Source: Deltaproteobacteria bacterium (lineage in GTDB: Bacteria > Desulfobacterota > Dissulfuribacteria > Dissulfuribacterales > QOAL01). Taken from it: 44,720 nucleotides of DNA. Under the pieces are notes generated by a model. That model saw only the letters and a list, made by a program, of their open reading frames with translations. It made no database searches and was not told the origin of the DNA. Made by a program: the position numbers and the translations under genes. The DNA is taken from NCBI GenBank assembly GCA_027003115.1, contig JALWYS010000148.1, positions 1-44,720 of the forward strand, read 5' to 3'. Below are positions 1-8,442 of this stretch, in pieces. How positions within the stretch are numbered: position 1 is the first letter of the stretch; the number at the start of each line of letters is the position of its first letter.

Positions 1-116
1 CAGCACTGAGGAAGGAGGCCCAAACACTTTTTAAAAGCGTTCGAATCTTTAAGCCCAAGAGCTCAAGGGCAGAAAGCGTAGAAAAGTTTCTTCTGTGTCA
101 GAACAAGAAGTCGTAG
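1..116 (+). CDS. rlmE: 3' end of 23S rRNA U2552 2'-O-methyltransferase RlmE/FtsJ (partial, truncated by window edge)
   Basis: Not in the ORF track. The frame starting at 3 reads ALRKEAQTLFKSVRIFKPKSSRAESVEKFLLCQNKKS* (TAG 114-116), matching the RlmE C-terminal F..V...KP.SSR..S.E motif. Confidence 0.8.
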   Translation, partial: ALRKEAQTLFKSVRIFKPKSSRAESVEKFLLCQNKKS

Positions 117-119
117 GAA

Positions 120-1265
120 TTGGCTGGGCTGTATATTCACATACCCTTTTGCAGGAAAAGGTGTAACTACTGCTCCTTTGTCTCCTTTGAAGGAAGGCTA
201 CATCTGATACGCCAATATGTTTCCTGCCTGAAGAAGGAGGCAGCGCTTACAGTAGAGACAGGCTTAACAGATGGACTTTCCTTTGATACCATCTATTTTG
301 GAGGTGGAACCCCTTCCCTTCTGCCTGCTGATTCCATCCCTGGGCTCATTGACCAACTGCTTTCAATACTTCCCGTCTCATCTGGAAACGGCCTTGAAAT
401 AAGCTTTGAGTGTAACCCAGAGTCTGTTCATACGCCCTTACTACATGCGCTGAGGAAGGCAGGGGTAAACAGAATAAGCCTTGGCATCCAGGACCTTACG
501 GAGAAGGGACTTTTGACCCTTGGAAGGATACATTCTGTCTCAGATGCCAAAAGGGCTGTTCGGAAGATAAGGGAATTCGGATTTAAAAACCTCTCAGTGG
601 ATATAATCTACAGCCTTCCTGGACAGGACGTGAGGCTTCTTGAAAAAACTCTTAAAGAGGTCGTCAGCCTTGGCCCGACCCATATTTCGGCATACGAGCT
701 TACTGTGGAAAAGGAAACCAGGCTCTACCAGATGGTTAAAAAGGGCAAGGTAACGCTTCCAGGCCAGGATGAAAGGCTTGGGCTTACAAAATTTCTTGAA
801 ACATTTCTTGAGGCAAGGGGCATTAAGCAGTACGAAATCTCAAACTTTGCCAGAGACGGCTTTGAATGCAGACATAACGTAAACTACTGGAAGTGCGGAG
901 ACTATCTCGGACTTGGCTGCGGTGCAGTATCTTATATTAATGGAATCAGGTACTTTAATACCACTGACATCAACGATTACGTTAAACGGACAGAGGCTAA
1001 GGAGCTACCTGTTTCCGAAAAGGAGCGTCTTGACAGAATTACCAGATTCAGGGAAACATTTGTCATGTCTCTTAGGATGACAAAAGGGATTGAGCTTGTA
1101 TCCCTAAAAAGTCTCTTTGGAATAGATCCCCTTTCCCATTACAAGGGCCTTATTGAGGGGATGTGCCAAAACGGCCTCATGGAGATGGATGACAGGAAAA
1201 CCAGGCTAAAACTCACAGAAAGGGGCCGATACATATCAAACTACGTACTAAGCCACTTCGTATGA
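120..1265 (+). CDS. hemW: Radical SAM heme chaperone HemW (HemN-like)
   Basis: YIHIPFCxxRCxYC radical-SAM motif, YFGGGTPS, YEISNF and the HNxxYW motif typical of HemW. TTG start. Confidence 0.9.
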   Translation: MAGLYIHIPFCRKRCNYCSFVSFEGRLHLIRQYVSCLKKEAALTVETGLTDGLSFDTIYFGGGTPSLLPADSIPGLIDQLLSILPVSSGNGLEISFECNPESVHTPLLHALRKAGVNRISLGIQDLTEKGLLTLGRIHSVSDAKRAVRKIREFGFKNLSVDIIYSLPGQDVRLLEKTLKEVVSLGPTHISAYELTVEKETRLYQMVKKGKVTLPGQDERLGLTKFLETFLEARGIKQYEISNFARDGFECRHNVNYWKCGDYLGLGCGAVSYINGIRYFNTTDINDYVKRTEAKELPVSEKERLDRITRFRETFVMSLRMTKGIELVSLKSLFGIDPLSHYKGLIEGMCQNGLMEMDDRKTRLKLTERGRYISNYVLSHFV

Positions 1266-1939
1266 ATCATGCGTTTAAGGCCCTCATACTTGCTGCAGCC
1301 TCGTTCTGCCTGCTTTGCGGATGCTCTGATTTCAGGGACAGGTGCACCAATATTTACAGCCCTGATGTCAAGATCATAAACCATCACATCGAGAAACACT
1401 ACCAAGCCGTAAGGTCCCTGGCAAAACGGCTCTATGCCAGAAACCCCTGTTATGAGTCAGACCTTCGCGTAAGAGTAGAGAAGATAAGGGCCATATTTGG
1501 CGAAAAAAGTTCTTATTCCATTCCTTACCAGCTGCAGATTATGCTCTCTCACGAGCTTTTAAAGACCGCCTTCAGTCCCAAACCTCCCATAGGGGACAGG
1601 GTGCTTATACTAATCCTTGGCCTTAAAAGGGGAATAGACGAGGCCTACAACACCGGGCGCGGACCCTTTCTCACAGGTTGCCAGATAGATGCAAAGCGCC
1701 TTGAAAGGCTCTACAGCAACATATCCCAGACAAACTGGAGGCTAAAGACCTATAAAGGGCCGGATGGAAGGCCCCTGTTTCTTACAAACCAAGCCTCTCT
1801 AGACGGCTATGTAAATATGGGATTTGAGGTTATCATGACGCAGATGTTGACTCGAATTCAAGATGATATTTATCTTAGGGGTGGCCTTGAGGGTAATTTG
1901 ACCTTCAGGCTCAGTACCGTGTTTCTTTCTATTTTATAA
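1262..1939 (+). CDS. Hypothetical lipoprotein
   Basis: Hydrophobic signal peptide with lipobox-like LLCGC. 4-bp ATGA overlap with hemW. Confidence 0.7.
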   Translation: MNHAFKALILAAASFCLLCGCSDFRDRCTNIYSPDVKIINHHIEKHYQAVRSLAKRLYARNPCYESDLRVRVEKIRAIFGEKSSYSIPYQLQIMLSHELLKTAFSPKPPIGDRVLILILGLKRGIDEAYNTGRGPFLTGCQIDAKRLERLYSNISQTNWRLKTYKGPDGRPLFLTNQASLDGYVNMGFEVIMTQMLTRIQDDIYLRGGLEGNLTFRLSTVFLSIL

Positions 1940-1971
1940 GCAAGAACCATCTAAAAAAAGGAGCTAGACAT

Positions 1972-2757
1972 ATGTCCCAGGGACCTGAATCATATCTTGA
2001 CGACTCAAAACAGCTTACCGACGACAGCACCTTCTGCTTTTCTTGTACGCCTGAAAAGAAGTGCTTTACCAGGTGCTGTTACGACATCAATCTCGTGCTA
2101 ATGCCCTACGATATCCTGAGACTCAAGAACAGGCTTGGCATGAAGTCCGGGGATTTCCTCAAAAAATACACCTCGGTTCACGTGGGTTTTGGATCAGGAC
2201 TGCCGGTTGTAGTGCTTAAGATGGACGGGCCATATCTTAAGTGCCCTTTCCTTGAGGAGGGAAAGGGATGCACTGTCTATGACGCAAGGCCAGGGGCCTG
2301 CCGCACCTATCCCCTTGCAAGAATGGCAAAAAGGAGCAAGGACTCGGAGACGGTTGAGGAATTCTATTACATTGTCAGAGAACCAGACTGTCACGGTTTC
2401 AGGGATGGCAAGGAGTGGACCGTAAGGGAGTGGAAGGAAAACGAAGGCATAGACGAATACAACGAGATGAATGACATCTTTGGTGAGCTGCTCCAGGCAA
2501 AGACCGAGTCTGGGATCGAAACCTTGAATGCGGACCAGATAGATATATTTTACATGGGATGTTACGATATAGACTCTTTTAGAGAAAATTTTCTTGAGGG
2601 ACCGAACCTTGAAAGATACATGGAGGACCCGGAGGTGATCGAGCTCATCTCAAAGGATGAAAAAGAGCTTTTAAAATATGGCATGCGCTGGGTCAAGAAG
2701 AAACTGTTCCAGGGAGGATGTCTTGCCTGTGCAGGCAGCTGTTCAACGGAGAAATAA
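1972..2757 (+). CDS. YkgJ-family cysteine-cluster (zinc/iron-chelating) protein
   Basis: CFSC..CFTRCC and CPFL..CTVY..RP.ACRTYP motifs, extra C-terminal CLACAGSC, AGGAG RBS. Confidence 0.85.
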   Translation: MSQGPESYLDDSKQLTDDSTFCFSCTPEKKCFTRCCYDINLVLMPYDILRLKNRLGMKSGDFLKKYTSVHVGFGSGLPVVVLKMDGPYLKCPFLEEGKGCTVYDARPGACRTYPLARMAKRSKDSETVEEFYYIVREPDCHGFRDGKEWTVREWKENEGIDEYNEMNDIFGELLQAKTESGIETLNADQIDIFYMGCYDIDSFRENFLEGPNLERYMEDPEVIELISKDEKELLKYGMRWVKKKLFQGGCLACAGSCSTEK

Positions 2758-2910
2758 GAAAAAAGGCTTGGGAAGGCGTTTTTTCACCCACCCTCTTACC
2801 GTTGCCGGGGGCCTTCTCCTTGCCAGGTTTGGGCTTGATCTTTTCGCACAAATGATCCTTGAAAAACACCAAAGAAAGAACTCACTAACTGAGAGAAAGG
2901 AGGAATGCCA

Positions 2911-3165
2911 ATGCCCTTGAAGGCCTATATCCTGATCAACACCAAGATAGGAAAAACCGCGGATGTTTTAAAACAGCTTAAGGAGATGGATGAGATCAAG
3001 CACCTGGATGTCATCATGGGCCCTTATGACATCATTGCCCAGGTGGAAACAGATTCCCACGATTCCCTCTCACAGATAGTCATGCAGAGGCTTCAGGCCA
3101 TTGACGCAATAAAGCACACTATGACCTGCACCGTGGTAAATGTGGATCAGGAAACACAGACGTAG
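2911..3165 (+). CDS. Stand-alone Lrp/AsnC ligand-binding (RAM) domain protein
   Basis: KAYILI...GPYDIIA...T.T motifs, no HTH. AGGAGG at 2898-2903 favours ATG 2911 over 2905. Confidence 0.85.
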   Translation: MPLKAYILINTKIGKTADVLKQLKEMDEIKHLDVIMGPYDIIAQVETDSHDSLSQIVMQRLQAIDAIKHTMTCTVVNVDQETQT

Positions 3166-3193
3166 CCTGAAAGCACTTCCTTTTAAGGCGAAT

Positions 3194-3571
3194 TTAAGAT
3201 GCCACACTGTTTATTGAAAGGATAAGTTCCACCTCTCCAGTGGTAAGACCTGCCATCTCGGCTATCTGGGCCGCCTCAAACCCCTTCTCATGAAGAGCAA
3301 GCACCTTGTCCCGATTTATCAGAAAGGTGTTTTCACCTCCCGGACTTTTTTGGAGCAGCCGGGACTTGAGTTCACTTGAAAGTCTCGCCTTTTCCTCCAC
3401 TATTTTGTCAAGCCGTCTCACTAGTTCCTGACTCTCCTTAAGTTGGCTTATGAGAAGCTCAAGCCTTCTGGGACCAAGCTGCCTGACCTTGAAAAACAGC
3501 CAGCCAATAAGGACAAAGAGTAGCAGATCGCAACAGATGGAAACTATGACAAGGAACTGAATGTTCTCCAT
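3194..3571 (-). CDS. Membrane-anchored coiled-coil protein with C-terminal HTH-like motif (SwrB/DUF2802-like), last gene of flagellar operon
   Basis: N-terminal TM, coiled coil, and G...QIAE..GLT.GEVELIL C-terminus. Confidence 0.65.
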   Translation of the reverse strand: MENIQFLVIVSICCDLLLFVLIGWLFFKVRQLGPRRLELLISQLKESQELVRRLDKIVEEKARLSSELKSRLLQKSPGGENTFLINRDKVLALHEKGFEAAQIAEMAGLTTGEVELILSINSVAS

Positions 3572-3577
3572 TTTTGC

Positions 3578-3874
3578 TCAGATCCTTATATCTATATGCC
3601 GAACTTGATGTTCAGATTCGTGGGCTGAAGCCTTGTCCTGACTCCTTTTTTGGGCAGCCTCCCCTTTCATATCCTTTTCCACTGCGTGTTCAATGGTAAT
3701 CCTGTCCTTGCCAGATAGTGAAGAGGCTTCACGTTTCCTTTTCTTTCCGCCACCGTCCCGAGATCCTTGCCCTCCACGCCTTCTCCTCCTTTCATGCCTG
3801 ATATTTGATGGATGCGGCCTTATTGGTGCCACTTGGCTGAGAGGAACGATATCATGGACGTAATCCTCGGGCAT
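3578..3874 (-). CDS. Small basic, disordered hypothetical protein ending HIDIRI
   Basis: Tight packing (4-6 bp gaps) with neighbours and a GAGG(T) RBS in the end of the upstream gene. Confidence 0.6.
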   Translation of the reverse strand: MPEDYVHDIVPLSQVAPIRPHPSNIRHERRRRRGGQGSRDGGGKKRKREASSLSGKDRITIEHAVEKDMKGEAAQKRSQDKASAHESEHQVRHIDIRI

Positions 3875-3878
3875 AAAC

Positions 3879-5027
3879 CTACCTCAAAAGATAGCCCATC
3901 AATCGAATATCCTTTATTTTAAGGGGTGAAAATTCCATGTTGAGTCTTTTCAAAAGCGGTGCCCTGTAACGATCAAGAATGTCACCTTGGATTCCCCTTG
4001 AGATGTCAAGGCCCTTTAGCTCCTGATAAATTATGTCCCTGAGCCAGGCCTGCCTTCTCATAAGCTCCTGCTTTGTTAAGGCGTCCTGGACAATAAGCTC
4101 AACCTGGAGCTTGAAAAACACAAGCTCCCCGCCACTTTTTCCAGGGATTATGAAGGGAGCTAGGTCTATGGCCTCAAATCCTTGCCGTGCCCCGGTAGGA
4201 CTCTGAATATTTACTTTTTTTTCTGCCCTTTTTACGATTTTTTGAGTTGAGACTGGCTGGGAACTTTCAAGAACCTTTGCCTGCTGGTTAGCAGGACCAC
4301 TCCACATGAGATAAATGGTAAGAACTGCAAGTATTATAAGAATGGACGAAAAGCCTGTGACTATCCAGGGAAGAAGCCTTGATGCGAGCCCTGGTGCCTC
4401 TTTTGGGGATAAATCCTCTACCTCATCGACTTGGTTGTCCTCGATATCCTCCTGTTTCTTTTCCGCCTCCTCTGATCCTTGGCCCTCATCTGCTAAAAGT
4501 TCTTCACTAAGCTCATCTGATAAACCTTCCGACCCTTCAGAGACACCCTCAACCAAAGGCTCTGAAGGCTTGCTCTCATTGTTAGCCTGTTTTTCCTTCT
4601 CCTCTTCCTGGCTTATCTCGCTCAGAAGTTCTTCCTCAAAAAGAGGAATTTCCTCAACCTCTCCGTCATCCCAAAGCTCATCATCGTCAAGATTTATTCC
4701 AACCTCGTCCTCTGTGACTGGTTGTTGGCCCTTTTCTGCTTCAGGCTCTTTTACTTTGACAGATTCAGCTTTCTCCGGTTCGGTATCCTTGGAAGTTAAC
4801 GGATCTTCTGTGACCGCCTCTTCAACATTCTCCTTGCCCAAGGCATCAATTGAGGTCTCATCGGCAGGCTTTTCCACATTCAGTGAGAGCTCTTGATCTT
4901 CAACCCCGGATTCATCAGTGGCAGTCTTAAGGCTCTTTTCCTTTCCGTTTACCTCTTCCATCTGCCGACCTAGTTCTCCAAGCTTTTCAAGGACATCTAT
5001 CTTATACTCTTCAAGAGCCTGTGCCAT
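3879..5027 (-). CDS. Second FliL-family protein with long acidic N-terminal extension
   Basis: About 215 aa E/D-rich region, one TM, and a C-terminal FliL-like domain (IDLAPFII..FFKLQVEL..LRDIIY..L..LN..IKDIRL). Confidence 0.7.
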   Translation of the reverse strand: MAQALEEYKIDVLEKLGELGRQMEEVNGKEKSLKTATDESGVEDQELSLNVEKPADETSIDALGKENVEEAVTEDPLTSKDTEPEKAESVKVKEPEAEKGQQPVTEDEVGINLDDDELWDDGEVEEIPLFEEELLSEISQEEEKEKQANNESKPSEPLVEGVSEGSEGLSDELSEELLADEGQGSEEAEKKQEDIEDNQVDEVEDLSPKEAPGLASRLLPWIVTGFSSILIILAVLTIYLMWSGPANQQAKVLESSQPVSTQKIVKRAEKKVNIQSPTGARQGFEAIDLAPFIIPGKSGGELVFFKLQVELIVQDALTKQELMRRQAWLRDIIYQELKGLDISRGIQGDILDRYRAPLLKRLNMEFSPLKIKDIRLMGYLLR

Positions 5028-5036
5028 GCATCATAA

Positions 5037-5417
5037 TTACACAAAGATCTTTTCTATCTTCTCACCAAGGGTCTCGGGTGTAAAGGGTTTCACAATGTAG
5101 TTGCTCACCTTTGCCTTTACAGCCTCGATTATATTCTCCTTCTGGGCCTCGGCTGTAACCATCAGGAAGGGGATATCCTTTAGCTTTTCGTCTGCCCGAA
5201 CCTTCTTAAGAAGCTCGATCCCAGGCATTTTGGGCATGTTCCAGTCGGAGACTATGAAGTCCACCGGTTCCTTCTGGAGGATATCCCAAGCAACAGAGCC
5301 GTCGTCTGCCTCAATAAAATTTTTAAAACCAAGCTGTATAAGAATATTTTTTACTATACGTCGCATTGTGGCAAAATCATCCACAATAAGAATTTTCATA
5401 TCATAGTTTATGGCCAT
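5037..5417 (-). CDS. cheY: Chemotaxis response regulator CheY
   Basis: ILIVDDFATMRRI, SDWNMP, MVTAEA, YIVKPF motifs. AGGAGG RBS. Confidence 0.95.
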   Translation of the reverse strand: MAINYDMKILIVDDFATMRRIVKNILIQLGFKNFIEADDGSVAWDILQKEPVDFIVSDWNMPKMPGIELLKKVRADEKLKDIPFLMVTAEAQKENIIEAVKAKVSNYIVKPFTPETLGEKIEKIFV

Positions 5418-5455
5418 TTAGAGCACACCTCCTGACTCACGTTGATTTTACTAAT

Positions 5456-5482
5456 TCATCGAACTTTTCGGACAATTTCATA
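5456..5482 (-). promoter_or_regulatory. Possible sigma-28 (FliA) promoter for cheY and downstream genes
   Basis: Minus strand TATG-N15-TTCGATGA versus consensus TAAA-N15-GCCGATAA. Spacing is right but the match is degenerate. Confidence 0.3.
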
Positions 5483-5493
5483 AATGGGCCTAA

Positions 5494-6312
5494 TCAAAAA
5501 ATCTCACGTATCTGGGACAGCTCATTCTTGTCAAAAATCTCTGCCAGTCTGGTCCTGATAGTCATTACCGCCTTGGTATGCATTTGGGATATGCGGCTTT
5601 CCGTATATCCCATTATCTCGCCTATCTCTTTCATGGTCAGATCCTCGAAGTAGTAGAGGGAGACAACGAGTTTTTCCTTCTCAGGCAACTTCTTTATGCA
5701 GTCAACCACGATCTCCTTGATCTCAAGCATGTTCAGTCTTTCAAAGGGGTCACTTTGTCCATCATCAGCTATCAGGTCGAAAAGATCTTCATCGGTGGCG
5801 TCGGGCATGCGGCGTCTGATGGCGTCTATGTCAAGAAAGGTAACGCCCCTGGTCTTATCAAGAAGCTTGTAGTATTCATCAAGGCTTATTCCCATCTCCT
5901 GTGCGATTTCCTCATCTTCAGGAACCCGTTCAAGCCTCTTTTCCAGCCTCTCTATCACCTGCTCAAGCTCTGTGGCCTTTTTCCGGACAGAGCGGGGAAC
6001 CCAGTCGAGATGCCTGAGCTCGTCGAGCATTGCACCCCTTATGCGAAATTCAGCGTATGTCTTGAATTTTATCTTTTTGGAAGGGTCAAATTTCTCAATG
6101 GCATCAATAAGTCCAATTACACCAGGGCCTATGAGGTCTTCCGGAAGAATGTGCGGTGGAAGCCTTCCGGCAAGCCTGTTGGCCACATAGTTAACAAGGG
6201 GAGAGTACTTGACTATCAACTCCTCCCTCTTCTCAGGGGTTAGATGCCTTCCCTCACCAAAGAACTCCTCTGTATAATCTTTGAGCTTAGGAGCTGCATT
6301 CGTCTTTGCCAT
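5494..6312 (-). CDS. fliA: RNA polymerase sigma-28 factor FliA
   Basis: FKTYAEFRIRGAMLDELR..DWVPRSVR and ESRISQ.H motifs. ATG 6312 has a GAGG RBS (ORF track start is 6339). Confidence 0.95.
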   Translation of the reverse strand: MAKTNAAPKLKDYTEEFFGEGRHLTPEKREELIVKYSPLVNYVANRLAGRLPPHILPEDLIGPGVIGLIDAIEKFDPSKKIKFKTYAEFRIRGAMLDELRHLDWVPRSVRKKATELEQVIERLEKRLERVPEDEEIAQEMGISLDEYYKLLDKTRGVTFLDIDAIRRRMPDATDEDLFDLIADDGQSDPFERLNMLEIKEIVVDCIKKLPEKEKLVVSLYYFEDLTMKEIGEIMGYTESRISQMHTKAVMTIRTRLAEIFDKNELSQIREIF

Positions 6313-6314
6313 AT

Positions 6315-7211
6315 CTATAGCCTCAACAGATTTTTCCAAAAAAATTTTATGTTTCCGTCACTGGTTTTTACTTGCTGATTCAATATGTTTTCTGCAAGCT
6401 GCCTGAACCCCTTGCATGCCCTGGATTCTGGAAAGAGCTCAAGGGCAGGCTTTTGCTGCCGTACCGATTTTGGAATGGACATATCCTTTGGTATGTGGCC
6501 CAAGAAATTGAAGGACAAAAACCCAAGGAACCTGTCTGCAACTGCGGTAAGTTGCCTGAATATCTTGTAGGCCTCTTGCCTGCTGCTGGTCCAATTAACG
6601 ATTATTGAAAATTCCTTTACCATGTACCTGGTAGAAAGCACCTTTATGAGGGCATAGGCATCGGTGATGGAAGTGGGCTCTGGCGTCAAAATAATTACCC
6701 TGCTTTGGGATGCCATGTTAAAATACATGACAGTGTCAGAAATTCCGGCAGCATTGTCTATAAGCATTACATCCACAGGGTCTTCAAGGGTGTCAAATTC
6801 GTTCAAAAGAAAGAGCTTTTCGCTTTCATTTAGATGACAAAGCTCCTGGATGCCTGAGCTTGCCGGAAGAAGTCTAATACCGCCAGGCCCCCTCATGATG
6901 ATGTCCGAAAGGCTTCGTTCCCCTGAAAAAACGTGTTGGATGGAATACTTTGGCGTTATGCCAAGCATGACATCCACGTTGGCAAGGCCAAGGTCTGCAT
7001 CCAGAACCAGGACATTTTTGCCCATTTTGGATATTGCAATGGCAAGATTTGTAACGATGCTTGTTTTGCCGACTCCTCCCTTTCCGCTACTGAAGCAGAG
7101 TACCCGAGGATTTGACACCGTTGCATTGTAATTTCCGTTCCCTCCGTTAAGACCCGTCCCGTCCAGGGAACAGAATGCCTTCCATTGCTTTAGAGTAGCC
7201 GCCTGATTCAT
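6315..7211 (-). CDS. flhG: MinD-like flagellar number regulator FlhG/FleN
   Basis: SGKGGVGKT, DADLGLAN, PEPTSITDAYALIK motifs. Lies between flhF and fliA. Confidence 0.93.
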   Translation of the reverse strand: MNQAATLKQWKAFCSLDGTGLNGGNGNYNATVSNPRVLCFSSGKGGVGKTSIVTNLAIAISKMGKNVLVLDADLGLANVDVMLGITPKYSIQHVFSGERSLSDIIMRGPGGIRLLPASSGIQELCHLNESEKLFLLNEFDTLEDPVDVMLIDNAAGISDTVMYFNMASQSRVIILTPEPTSITDAYALIKVLSTRYMVKEFSIIVNWTSSRQEAYKIFRQLTAVADRFLGFLSFNFLGHIPKDMSIPKSVRQQKPALELFPESRACKGFRQLAENILNQQVKTSDGNIKFFWKNLLRL

Positions 7212-8428
7212 ATGGTCTCCGAAACCGCCTTTTTGTGGTCTCTAACTTGAACAACTGGAACTTCCAAGAGCCTTTCAAGGCCCTTCAAGGGCTCAAGTGA
7301 AAGTTCAGCAATCTCTGACCCGTGTACATGCATTATGTCCTCTGGCACCCTTTGACCGTTTGTTACATAAGAAACCGGAAGATCAGCCTCTATGAGAGGA
7401 AAAACGGAGGAGGCCAGGGACCTGGTCTCGTCTGTCTTTGTCAGGGTCCAGCCCGCAAAGGGGAATTGTCTGTAGAAACTGATGGCTCCCATAAGGTCCT
7501 CTCTCTTACTAGTTGCACTAAGCATGACCTGTGCCATAAGTCCTGGGACAGAATCAAAGAGTCTTTCGAGTTCAGTCTTATGGGAAGAAGAGAAGGGATT
7601 TCGGCCAGTTGTATCCACAAAGATGAAATCCATGTCTTTGTATTCGCCAAAAAGCCTCACAAGGTCCTTGTTCGTTCTTGCAATTTCCAGTGGGATCGAC
7701 ATTAAATTGGCGTACTTTTCAAGCTGTTCCCTTGCTCCCATCCTGTAGCCATCAACGCAAATGAAGACCCCTTGGCGCTTGCAGAGGAATTTTAGCCTTG
7801 CAGCAATTTTGGCAAGGGTAGTCGTTTTTCCGACACCGGTTGGCCCCACAAAGGCCCACCAACACCTTTCCTTTACATCTTCTGCCACAGGCCCTGGCTT
7901 TATGTTTGATGAAATGAAGCTTCGAAGCCTTAGCACCACTCTGTTCAAGCTACAAAGCTCATCTTCCGGGCATGACGAAAGCAGCTTGTGTACAATGTTC
8001 TGTCCCCTTTTGTCTAGTCCCAGGCAGGAGGCTATGCTGTCTGAAAGGCGCAATATGTCGTCTGGACTGTCACTTCCTGTGGCATTGAGGGCTGATTCTC
8101 TCTCATTGAGTTCTCTAAGCGCCTTGTGCATCTGTTTGATTTCGGTTTTAAGTTCATCTATTTCCTTAAGAAGCCTGGCCTCAGCATCCTGGGCCTTTGG
8201 CCTTGATTGAAATATCCTTGGAGCCCTGCCCTTTCCTACACTGGACGATTCCTTGGCCCCTCTATCAATTGCAGCCACCACTTCTACGTAATTTATGGTG
8301 CGGCCTGTCTTTTCATCAATTCTTGACCTGTTTTTTGTGCCAAGGATTATGGCATCAGGCCCAAGGCTTTCCTTGACCTTTAAAAGTGCCTCTGAAGCAT
8401 TTTTTGCACTAAAACGTCTAAGCTGCAT
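7208..8428 (-). CDS. flhF: SRP-type GTPase FlhF
   Basis: GPTGVGKTTTLAK, DTTGR, TKTDET, TNGQRVPEDI motifs. Confidence 0.93.
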   Translation of the reverse strand: MQLRRFSAKNASEALLKVKESLGPDAIILGTKNRSRIDEKTGRTINYVEVVAAIDRGAKESSSVGKGRAPRIFQSRPKAQDAEARLLKEIDELKTEIKQMHKALRELNERESALNATGSDSPDDILRLSDSIASCLGLDKRGQNIVHKLLSSCPEDELCSLNRVVLRLRSFISSNIKPGPVAEDVKERCWWAFVGPTGVGKTTTLAKIAARLKFLCKRQGVFICVDGYRMGAREQLEKYANLMSIPLEIARTNKDLVRLFGEYKDMDFIFVDTTGRNPFSSSHKTELERLFDSVPGLMAQVMLSATSKREDLMGAISFYRQFPFAGWTLTKTDETRSLASSVFPLIEADLPVSYVTNGQRVPEDIMHVHGSEIAELSLEPLKGLERLLEVPVVQVRDHKKAVSETI

Positions 8429-8442
8429 GATGAGCCTCCTGC

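Noticed and set aside
4315-4896. 193-aa Ser-rich + strand ORF (similar ones at 13905-14336 and 24405-24854)
   Set aside because: Antisense shadows of Glu/Asp-rich minus-strand genes, not independent genes.
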